In this document: positions 52,595-60,136 of the stretch, in pieces
Numbering within the stretch: the stretch's first letter is position 1
Layout of the letters: each line of letters starts with the position of its first letter
From: an uncultured Candidatus Binatia bacterium
GTDB taxonomy: Bacteria; Desulfobacterota; Binatia; Bin18
Assembly: GCA_965204455.1 (NCBI GenBank)
Contig: CBDBEO010000001.1
Span: 652,552-716,551, forward strand
Length of the DNA: 64,000 bases
Direction of reading: 5' to 3'
Position numbers and translations under genes: made by a program
Notes under the pieces: generated by a model
Seen by the model: only the letters and a program-made list of their open reading frames with translations
What the model was told of the DNA's origin: nothing
Database searches by the model: none

Positions 52595-53023
52595 ATGAAA
52601 CACGACAGACTGTTCAGTCTCGAAGAGGCCAACACCCTGTTGCCGCACCTCGAGTTCATCATGGAGCGGATGCAGCGCATCGGCATCCGGATTCGGGAGG
52701 AGATTGGCGGGCTGCTGTACGAACGCCAGGAGGAATCCCTGCCCGACCTGACGACCCCCGAGCTGCTGCGCCTGCGACCCGCCCTGGCCCCGCTGTTTGA
52801 AGACATGGCCCAGGCCGTTCAGGACATTGAGCAGCACGGCTGCGTGTTCAAGGATCTGGAGTTGGGTCTGGTCGATTTTCCGGCCCGGGTGGGTGAGGAA
52901 GAGATCTACCTGTGCTGGCAGTACGGCGAAAAAGAAGTCGCCTACTTTCACCGTCAGTCCGAGGGCTTTGCCGGTCGGCGCCCCATTGGCGAGCGTTCCG
53001 GCAAGCTCCCCTCTCAACACTAG
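52595..53023 (+). CDS. DUF2203-family protein
   Basis: In-frame ATG at 52595: MKHDRLFSLEEANTLLPHLEFIMERM ... GCVFKDLELGLVDFPA...EIYLCWQYGE, as remembered for DUF2203. Confidence 0.6.
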   Translation: MKHDRLFSLEEANTLLPHLEFIMERMQRIGIRIREEIGGLLYERQEESLPDLTTPELLRLRPALAPLFEDMAQAVQDIEQHGCVFKDLELGLVDFPARVGEEEIYLCWQYGEKEVAYFHRQSEGFAGRRPIGERSGKLPSQH

Positions 53024-53035
53024 CCAGAGGCGGGT

Positions 53036-53785
53036 GTGAAGCCGTATCAAGCCGTCCTGTTTGACCTGTTCAGCACGGTCGCCCTGTTTCAGGCCGAGCG
53101 TTTGCCGCTGTTCGCCTGGAAGGGACAGACCGCCCGGTCGACCATGGGCGGGCTGCGGGCGATGATTGAGGAAAAGGTGACGGCGGCGCCGTTTGAGCAG
53201 TTTTTCGCCGCCCTGTCCGAGGTCAATCGGGAATTTGCCGAGCGTCGGGCTCGCGACATGCGCGAGATCCCGTCCCGGCAGCGCTTCGAGTCGGCCCTGG
53301 TCCGGGTCGGCTATCCGTCCGGTGAGGCGACCCAACGGCTGGCCCAGGAGCTGTCGCTGAGCCACATGGGGCTGTTGGCTCAGGCGACCGAAATTCCGGT
53401 CGCCCATATCCGGTTTCTGAAGCGTGTCCACGCGGCCTATCCGGTTGCCCTGGTCTCGAATTTCGATCATGGACCCACCGCCCGGCTGATCGTTGACCGG
53501 GATGGGGCTGCCCCGTACTTCCACCAGATTGTCATTTCGGACGACCACGGCTGGCGGAAACCCCACTCCAAGATTTTCACCGACACCCTGGAACTGCTCC
53601 AGGTCGCCGCCCGGGACGCCCTGTTTGTGGGCGACTCGCCGCACGACGATGTCCTGGGCGCCAAGCGGGTCGGGCTCGACGCCGCCTGGGTCAATGCCGC
53701 CGGAGCGGACTTGCCCGAGGGCATCCCGAAGCCGGACTACACAGTCCGGGCCATCCCTGAGCTGGCATCAGTTTTGTTTGACTAG
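53036..53785 (+). CDS. HAD-superfamily hydrolase
   Basis: 249 aa (GTG start): VLFDLFSTV (motif I-like), ALVSNFD (motif II), WRKPHSKIF and FVGDSPHDDVLGA (motifs III/IV). Confidence 0.7.
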   Translation: MKPYQAVLFDLFSTVALFQAERLPLFAWKGQTARSTMGGLRAMIEEKVTAAPFEQFFAALSEVNREFAERRARDMREIPSRQRFESALVRVGYPSGEATQRLAQELSLSHMGLLAQATEIPVAHIRFLKRVHAAYPVALVSNFDHGPTARLIVDRDGAAPYFHQIVISDDHGWRKPHSKIFTDTLELLQVAARDALFVGDSPHDDVLGAKRVGLDAAWVNAAGADLPEGIPKPDYTVRAIPELASVLFD

Positions 53786-53924
53786 CAGAGCTGCTGAGTT
53801 GGCGGGGCGGCGGTCAAACTTGTCGTCTCGCAACGTGGATTCGCCCCTCTGATCTGACAGGGATGGACACGATTTCAGCGGGAAAGTATCGTGCTGGCAA
53901 TCCTGCCTTATCGGAGTCCCGCTA

Positions 53925-56744
53925 GTGGATGTTCGTGAAAGTCTGCTGCGAACCGCCAAAGGTGGTGCTCGCTCGGACTGGAGGGGCGATCACATCACTC
54001 TTCTTCTGAGTTCGCTATGCCGCCCTGCACGGGGCGGCCTCTTTTTCCTGTGCGTCGTGCTGCTCGGTTTGGTCATGGCCGCGTCGGCGCAGGCCCAGAA
54101 TTGTCCATCCCATGAGCCGCAGCCAGGGGTGCGCGCTCAGCCGACGATGTGTGACCTTGATAGGACAAGCGCTGGGACAACTGTGACCTTGACCTATGAT
54201 GATGAGCTGGATGTGAACGACTTAGACTGCCCAGCAGGGGATGCTTCTTGTCGGACTATGCCCGGGGCTTACACCTGTTTGCATTACTACAAGGACAGCA
54301 ACAAAGACGGGATGCCTGACCTTGAGAACGGGGAGCCTGTGAGAGTAAGGGAGGTGGGGCACGAATCTGTGAGAGTGGATAGGGAGAATGGGCGGCTTAT
54401 CTTCGAGTATCCGAAGGAAGTCGGATGCGTGGAGGGGGAGCAGTGGGTCGTCATGTTCGAATTGTTCAACGGCAACCCATATGTCGAGAAGAATGATGAC
54501 GCGAAGGGAGGCTTCTTCACAGTTTCGCATCTTGGTTATAACGACATGGGTCACTCGGATGTGGATTATCAGATAGACCTGGGTACGCATACCTGTGCCT
54601 CATCATCACCGCCGCCACCACCTCCGCCGCCACCACCGCCACCCGATGACAACGGCAACGGGGGCAACGGCGGCAACGGGGGCAATGGTGGGAACGGCGG
54701 CAACGGGAACAACGGCAACGGCGGCAACGGTGGGAATGGCGGGAATGGCGGGAATGGCAACGGGGGCAATGGTGGGAACGGCGGCAACGGGAACAACGGT
54801 GGGAATGGCGGCAACGGGAACAACGGCAACGGCGGCAACGGGAACAACGGTGGGAATGGCGGCAACGGCAATGGCGGCAACGGCAATGGCGGCAACGGTG
54901 GGAATGGCGAGAACGGCGACAATGGCGACAACGGCGACAATGGGAACGGGAACAACGACGGCAATGGCAACGGGAATGGCGAGAATGGCGGTCGTGGCAC
55001 CGGGGACGGCGGTCAGGATAAGGACCGGCCGACCAGCATGTTGGAGACCCCCGTCTCGGGTTCATTCCAGAGCGGCATTGGCGTGATCTGCGGCTGGGTG
55101 TGTGAAGCCGACGAAGTTACGATTGAGATCGACGGGCATGTGTTGCAGGCGTCTTATGGGACTTCGCGGGCCGACACCCAGGCGCGGTGTGGCGATATCA
55201 ACAACGGCTTTGGGCTGTTGTTCAACTGGAATCTGTTGGGCGACGGGATCCATACGCTGGTGGTCCGGGCTGATGGGAAAGAGTTTGGCCGGGCGACATT
55301 TACAGTGACGACCCTGGGCGAGGAGTTTGTCTGGGGGGCGATGGGTGAGACAATAGCCCTGAACTTCCCAGACGAGGACAAAGATGTGCGGCTGGTGTGG
55401 GAGCAGAGCTTGCAAAATTTCATGCTGTCCCCTCCTGACGGCAGCCCGATGGCGCGAGCGGCCGAGCGGACCGACCGCCGCAAGTTCCTGGAGAACCCGC
55501 GGCCGGGGTCCTTCCAGAGCGGTATCGGCGTGATTTCGGGCTGGGTGTGTGAGGCCGAGACGGTACAAATCGAGATCAACGGGGAGTTGCGGCACACAGA
55601 TTATGGGACGGCGCGAGCGGACACGGCGGGAGTGTGTGGCGACAGTGACAACGGCTTTGGGCTGCTGTTCAACTGGAACCTGCTGGGCGACGGCGTCCAC
55701 ACCATCCGGGCCTTGGCCGACGGGGTGGAGTTCGGGCGGGCGACGTTCACGGTGACGACCCTGGGCGAAGAGCTTGTCCGGGGGGTGACGGGCGAGACGG
55801 GGATACTGGACTTCCCTGTGGAAGGCAACGATGTGCGGCTGGTGTGGCAGCAGGGCACGCAGAACTTCATGCTGGCCCCGCGCAAGTTTCTGGAGAATCC
55901 GCGATCGGGGTCTTTCCAGAGCGGTATCGGCGTGATTTCGGGCTGGGTGTGTGAAGCCAATACCGTGGAGATTGAGGTCAACGGGCAGTCGTGGCCGGCA
56001 GCCTATGGGACGGCGCGGGCGGATACGGCGGGAGTGTGTGGCGACAGTGACAACGGCTTTGGGCTGCTGTTCAACTGGAACCTGTTGGGCGACGGCGTTC
56101 ACACCATCCGGGCCTTGGCCGACGGGGTGGAGTTCGGGCGGGTGAGGTTCACGGTGACGACCTTAGGCGACGAAGAGTTTGTGCGGGGAGTGACAGGCGA
56201 GACGCTGGCCATGGACTTTCCAGACGAGGGGGCAGAGACACGACTGGTGTGGGAGCAGAGCTTGCAGAACTTCATGCTGGCACCGCCTGAGGGCAACCCG
56301 GCGGCGAGGCCGGCCGAGCAGTCCGACCCGCGCAAGTTCCTGGAGAACCCCCGGCCACGCTCCTTCCAGAGCGGCATCGGCATACTCTCGGGCTGGGTGT
56401 GTGAAGCTCAGGAGGTCGTGATCGAGATCGACGGGCAGCCGTGGCCGGCGGCCTATGGGACGGCGCGGGCGGACACGGAGAGAGTATGTGGCGATGTCAA
56501 CAACGGGTTCGGATTGCTGTTCAACTGGAACCTGCTGGACGACGGCGTTCACACCATCCGGGCCTTGGCCGACGGGGTGGAGTTCGGGCAAGCGACGTTC
56601 ACCGTGACGACCCTGAGCGAAGAGTTTGTCCAGGGGGTGATGGGTGAGGCCGAAGTCCTGAACTTCCCTGCCGCAGGGACCGATGTCCGGCTCATCTGGC
56701 AGCAGGGCGCACAGAATTTCATGATCGCTCCGGCGGAGCCGTAA
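53925..56744 (+). CDS. Large secreted repeat protein: Cys-rich N-domain, Pro12, Gly/Asn tract, four tandem domains of about 135 aa
   Basis: 939-aa ORF (start uncertain; GTG at 53925 directly follows a stop). Signal-like GGLFFLCVVLLGLVMAASAQA. The internal architecture was read from the translation and from DNA self-similarity. Confidence 0.75.
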   Translation: MDVRESLLRTAKGGARSDWRGDHITLLLSSLCRPARGGLFFLCVVLLGLVMAASAQAQNCPSHEPQPGVRAQPTMCDLDRTSAGTTVTLTYDDELDVNDLDCPAGDASCRTMPGAYTCLHYYKDSNKDGMPDLENGEPVRVREVGHESVRVDRENGRLIFEYPKEVGCVEGEQWVVMFELFNGNPYVEKNDDAKGGFFTVSHLGYNDMGHSDVDYQIDLGTHTCASSSPPPPPPPPPPPPDDNGNGGNGGNGGNGGNGGNGNNGNGGNGGNGGNGGNGNGGNGGNGGNGNNGGNGGNGNNGNGGNGNNGGNGGNGNGGNGNGGNGGNGENGDNGDNGDNGNGNNDGNGNGNGENGGRGTGDGGQDKDRPTSMLETPVSGSFQSGIGVICGWVCEADEVTIEIDGHVLQASYGTSRADTQARCGDINNGFGLLFNWNLLGDGIHTLVVRADGKEFGRATFTVTTLGEEFVWGAMGETIALNFPDEDKDVRLVWEQSLQNFMLSPPDGSPMARAAERTDRRKFLENPRPGSFQSGIGVISGWVCEAETVQIEINGELRHTDYGTARADTAGVCGDSDNGFGLLFNWNLLGDGVHTIRALADGVEFGRATFTVTTLGEELVRGVTGETGILDFPVEGNDVRLVWQQGTQNFMLAPRKFLENPRSGSFQSGIGVISGWVCEANTVEIEVNGQSWPAAYGTARADTAGVCGDSDNGFGLLFNWNLLGDGVHTIRALADGVEFGRVRFTVTTLGDEEFVRGVTGETLAMDFPDEGAETRLVWEQSLQNFMLAPPEGNPAARPAEQSDPRKFLENPRPRSFQSGIGILSGWVCEAQEVVIEIDGQPWPAAYGTARADTERVCGDVNNGFGLLFNWNLLDDGVHTIRALADGVEFGQATFTVTTLSEEFVQGVMGEAEVLNFPAAGTDVRLIWQQGAQNFMIAPAEP
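54609..54992 (+). repeat. Low-complexity coding repeat: 12 consecutive Pro codons (54609..54644), then a tract of about 114 codons made almost only of GGN/AAY (Gly/Asn)
   Basis: DNA is a degenerate tandem array of ggcaac/gggaat/ggcggc units. The protein reads NGNGGNGGNGGNGGNGGNGNNGNGG... Confidence 0.85.
55035..56741 (+). repeat. Four in-frame tandem domain repeats (starts at 55035, 55482, 55884, 56334), organised as a duplicated two-domain unit
   Basis: Each copy carries ...SFQSGIGV(I/L)(C/S)GWVCEA...YGT(A/S)RADT...CGD..NGFGLLFNWNLL(G/D)DG(V/I)HT...ADG.EFG...FTVTTL.... Copies 1 and 3 carry a longer PP(D/E)G.P.AR.AE..D.R linker. Stretches of more than 50 nt are near-identical between copies 2 and 3. 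Confidence 0.85.
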
Positions 56745-56828
56745 GGCCGGCACTGGCCGTTCGGTATCCGAAAAAGTGTCTGGGACGTGCGAGGCGAGGC
56801 CGTCTCGGGCCGGGTCGCCCGGTCGGAG

Positions 56829-57614
56829 CTACCCCTGACGGGTACCGGTGCGTCCCTGATGCCTGCGCAGAATCGGAATCGCGTTGAGATTCGTTGTCCG
56901 CAGCAAATCCCAGTAAATGCCGCGCGGTCGGGGATAGATGGAGCGGGTGGCTATGACATCCGTGGGCGTGACGACGAAATCGACCGGCACGTCATGGGGC
57001 AGCATCGGGATTTTGGACAGCACGAGCTGGAGCGGATGGATGGTGCTGATGAGCGGCGTCAGCTCCCGCACCCGGCCCTCTTCGCGCAGCAGGGCGTATT
57101 CCAGGTCGGCAAACCCGCCCCCCACACCGAGCCGTGCGCCGTCGCGGCCGGCCGCAACCGAGCCACACACGACGACATCAATGTGGTGCATCTCGCGCGG
57201 GGCGAGCAGGCGTCCATACTTCAGGGCGCCACGCAGGCTGTTGACCAGCAGACAGCGGCTGCCGAGCCGCTGAGGGTCGAGTTCGACAAAGCATTTTTCC
57301 GATTTGAGCCGGGGAACGGACAGGTACAGGAGCTTGCCGTCGGCCAGAGCCGCCCGGCGTACCGGCAGCTGGGGCGCGTCGGCATTGATCTTGATCACCC
57401 GCGCCTTGCGCCACACCGTCAGCTCTTGCAGTAGCTGAGCCGCAGTCTCGGCGCCAATAAAATTCGGGATCCGGTTTGCGGCACCGGGAAAGCGGCTGAC
57501 CTTTTGGTCGCCCAGTAGCTGCCAGACCGTGCGGCGCACCGCGTTCTTTTTCGCGGTCTGATGGTCGTGTTGCTTCGGGTCGTGCGCCCGTCCGTGCCTC
57601 ACCTGAATACTCAT
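56829..57614 (-). CDS. 5-formyltetrahydrofolate cyclo-ligase family protein
   Basis: In-frame ATG at 57614 (MSIQVRHG...). Shows NFIGAETAA, DAPQLPVRRAAL.DGK.LY...PRL and GGGFADLEYALL (the GGGYYD-like motif). Confidence 0.7.
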   Translation of the reverse strand: MSIQVRHGRAHDPKQHDHQTAKKNAVRRTVWQLLGDQKVSRFPGAANRIPNFIGAETAAQLLQELTVWRKARVIKINADAPQLPVRRAALADGKLLYLSVPRLKSEKCFVELDPQRLGSRCLLVNSLRGALKYGRLLAPREMHHIDVVVCGSVAAGRDGARLGVGGGFADLEYALLREEGRVRELTPLISTIHPLQLVLSKIPMLPHDVPVDFVVTPTDVIATRSIYPRPRGIYWDLLRTTNLNAIPILRRHQGRTGTRQG

Positions 57615-57838
57615 GTCTCGCCCTACCTTGTGCGTCCTGCCCGATGGCTGAACTGGCTGACGCTGAAAGGAGGGCTCATACACAACCACACAACACGAGA
57701 AAAGACAATACGCCGAAAGCCGGCGGGGGAGGGGATGGGCTGTGTGCACTCCTCCGGCCGGAGCGGAGTGGGCAGCCGAGTTGAGAATTCTTGTCAGACC
57801 TTTTATACAGAGGCGATACCCGTCCATAAGGAGGAGGA

Positions 57839-58138
57839 ATGGCGTCCAAAAGCGCACGGGCCGAGCTTACCGACTCGGGCCTCAGTCTCAGAAGAGTAGA
57901 ACGCTATCTCAGGCTTTTAACCTGGCAGATGTTTGGTTTGATCGGCCTGCTGATGCTGTGCCTGCTCAGCTGGTTGCTGCGGCCCCAGGCCGGTCGGTAC
58001 CAGTTTGTTGGAGAGCGCGGCAAGATCATCGTTGTCGATACGGGCCGGCGGGAAGGGCTGACCTATGAGTTAGAGGCCCAAGCGGTTCGTGGTGGCGAAG
58101 GAGATGCTCCGCCCGTCATGGAGGAGGAAACGCCGTAG
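57839..58138 (+). CDS. Small single-pass membrane protein, hypothetical
   Basis: 99 aa. AGGAGGAGGA lies directly before the ATG. One TM helix (MFGLIGLLMLCLLSWLL). Confidence 0.45.
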   Translation: MASKSARAELTDSGLSLRRVERYLRLLTWQMFGLIGLLMLCLLSWLLRPQAGRYQFVGERGKIIVVDTGRREGLTYELEAQAVRGGEGDAPPVMEEETP

Positions 58139-58173
58139 GCCGGGGCCGCGTGCCTGACAGAAAAGGAGACGCT

Positions 58174-59142
58174 ATGGCCGAGTTTCGTCTGGGGGTGGTG
58201 TTGTCCACGGCGACCGAAGCCCCGCCAAAGGAGTTTGTCGAGCTGGGCAAGCGGGCCGAAGACCGCGGCTTCAGCGCCCTGTTGGTCAACGAGGGCCGTG
58301 GCGACGCCCTGGCGTGTGCCGAGGCGATTGCGCTGGCGACCTCCCGGATCCAGGTCGGGACCAATATCGCCAATATCTATTTTCGCCACCCCTTCCTGGC
58401 GGCCATGACGGCCTGGACGATAGCCGAGCTGTCCGACGGCCGTCTGGTGCTGGGCTTGGGGGTGAGCCATCGGCCGCTGATCGAATCGCTGGGGATGAAG
58501 ATGGACCAGCCCCGGGCCTATATGCGTTCCTACGTCCAGACGCTCAAGAAGGCGCTGGCGGGCGAGTCGGTCGGCGCATTTTTTCGGCCTCGCGCGTCCC
58601 AACACCCCGTCCCGGTGTATGTGGCCTCGGTGACGGCCGAGACCGCTGCGGTGGGCGGTGAAGAGGCCGACGGCATCATGCCCTTTCTGCCCGCCCGAAC
58701 GTATCTGACGACCCTGCTTGAGGCGGCCAAGGCCGCAGCCCGGCGCGTTGGCAAAGATCCCGAGCAGCTCGACTGCATTGTCAGCATTCCGACCTTTATC
58801 TCTGAGGACCTTGAGCAGGCGCGCTCTGCGGCCCGCTACAATCTGGCCTTTTTCGCCCAGCTGCCCTTTTACCGGCTACAGTGGCGACGGTGTGGGTTTG
58901 TCGATGAGGTCAACGCCATGCAACACGCCTGGCAAAGCAGAGACCGCAAAGCCGCCGCCGCCCTGGTGTCGGACCGGATGGTCGAGCAGGTGTGTGTGTA
59001 CGGCCCGCCGAGCATGTGTCGGGAGCAGCTGGCCGCGTTTCATGAGGCCGGGGCCGGGATGCCGGTGCTGGCCGTGAGTCCGGTCAACGAGGACCGTCTG
59101 GTGGCAACGCGCAAAGCCCTCGATGTGTTGGCCCCCAAATAA
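58174..59142 (+). CDS. LLM-class F420-dependent oxidoreductase
   Basis: In-frame ATG at 58174 (MAEFRLGVVL) after AAGGAGA. Shows LLVNEGRGD, LVLGLGVSH and VYVASVTAE. Confidence 0.85.
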   Translation: MAEFRLGVVLSTATEAPPKEFVELGKRAEDRGFSALLVNEGRGDALACAEAIALATSRIQVGTNIANIYFRHPFLAAMTAWTIAELSDGRLVLGLGVSHRPLIESLGMKMDQPRAYMRSYVQTLKKALAGESVGAFFRPRASQHPVPVYVASVTAETAAVGGEEADGIMPFLPARTYLTTLLEAAKAAARRVGKDPEQLDCIVSIPTFISEDLEQARSAARYNLAFFAQLPFYRLQWRRCGFVDEVNAMQHAWQSRDRKAAAALVSDRMVEQVCVYGPPSMCREQLAAFHEAGAGMPVLAVSPVNEDRLVATRKALDVLAPK

Positions 59143-59172
59143 GCAGGCCCAAATAAACAGGAAGGAGCAGCC

Positions 59173-59526
59173 ATGAAAGTCACGCGTATTTACACCGGAG
59201 CGGATAATCAGTCCCATTTTGAGGATATTGAGGTCGAGCTGAAAGACGGTGGACCGGGCGGCACCATGTCCCCCCTGGTGCCGACCAAGGGGGTGATCTT
59301 CCGCGAAAACTCGGGCGACTACAACTTCGAATGGCACAACGCGCCCCGCCGCCAGTATGTGGTCACGCTTGAGGGCGAGGTGGAAATCGAGATTGGCGAT
59401 GGCACAACGCGGATCCTGGGCGGTGGAGAAATCCTGCTGGCCGAAGATACGACCGGCCAGGGCCATATCAGCCGGGCGGTGAACGGCCAGCCGCGCAAAT
59501 CGCTGATCATTCCTCTGGAAGACTAG
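59173..59526 (+). CDS. Small cupin-like beta-barrel protein, hypothetical
   Basis: 117 aa with GGAAGGAG RBS. H.APRRQYVVTLEGEVEIEIGDGTTRILGGGEILLAEDTTGQGH resembles a cupin core. The family is not certain. Confidence 0.45.
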   Translation: MKVTRIYTGADNQSHFEDIEVELKDGGPGGTMSPLVPTKGVIFRENSGDYNFEWHNAPRRQYVVTLEGEVEIEIGDGTTRILGGGEILLAEDTTGQGHISRAVNGQPRKSLIIPLED

Positions 59527-59554
59527 GGCTCGGTTTCAGGGCTGGCAAGAAAGA

Positions 59555-60127
59555 ATGACCACGCGCTACGGCATGATTCACGGCCGGTTTCAGCCGTTTC
59601 ATGCGGGCCATCTGGAGTATGCTCTGGCCGCCCTGGCCCGCTGTTCGCATCTGATCGTCGGCATTACCAACCCCGATCCATCGACATGTGTCGTAGAACC
59701 CACAGACCCCCAGCGCCACCGGCCGGAGGCCAATCCGTTCAGTTTTTTTGAGCGTCAGTGGATGGTGCGCGCCGCCCTGGCCGAGGCTGGGGTGGAGCCG
59801 GTGCGCTGCTCTGTCGTGCCCTTTCCGATTCATCATCCCGAGCGCTGGCGATCCTACTGTCCGCCCGAGGCGGTGCAGTATGTCCGGCTGTTTTCGGACT
59901 GGGGCAGCGAGAAACTCCAGCGCTTCCAGGCGGCCGGCTGGAGGGTGGAAGTCCTGGACGCGGGCGCGGCGAAACGGGTGAGCGGCAGCCAGGTGCGCCG
60001 CAAGCTCAGGGCGGGCCAGAACTGGAAAGTCTGTGTGCCGCCCGCAGTTGCTGCGGTCTTGGAGACGGTCCACGCCGAGCACAGACTGCGGCAGGCGGAA
60101 GAAGGGGAGGGGCTGCGCCCCCGCTGA
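59555..60127 (+). CDS. Cytidylyl/adenylyltransferase-family protein (NMNAT-like HxGH nucleotidyltransferase)
   Basis: 190 aa: YGMIHGRFQPFHAGHLEYALAAL (GxFxPxHxGH motif) and a late ISGSQVRRKL-type motif (VSGSQVRRKL). Confidence 0.7.
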   Translation: MTTRYGMIHGRFQPFHAGHLEYALAALARCSHLIVGITNPDPSTCVVEPTDPQRHRPEANPFSFFERQWMVRAALAEAGVEPVRCSVVPFPIHHPERWRSYCPPEAVQYVRLFSDWGSEKLQRFQAAGWRVEVLDAGAAKRVSGSQVRRKLRAGQNWKVCVPPAVAAVLETVHAEHRLRQAEEGEGLRPR

Positions 60128-60136
60128 GTCGCCTTT

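Noticed and set aside
54517-55065. A Cys/Arg/His-rich 182-aa ORF and a Pro/Leu/Phe-rich 143-aa ORF on the minus strand.
   Set aside because: They are reverse-frame images of the GGN-AAY tandem repeat inside the large plus-strand gene. Their periodicity simply mirrors the repeat.
55035-56741. Regularly spaced DNA repeats that could superficially suggest a CRISPR-like or satellite array.
   Set aside because: The period is 402-450 bp, there are no short conserved repeat and unique spacer units, and the whole region is one open reading frame encoding four homologous protein domains.
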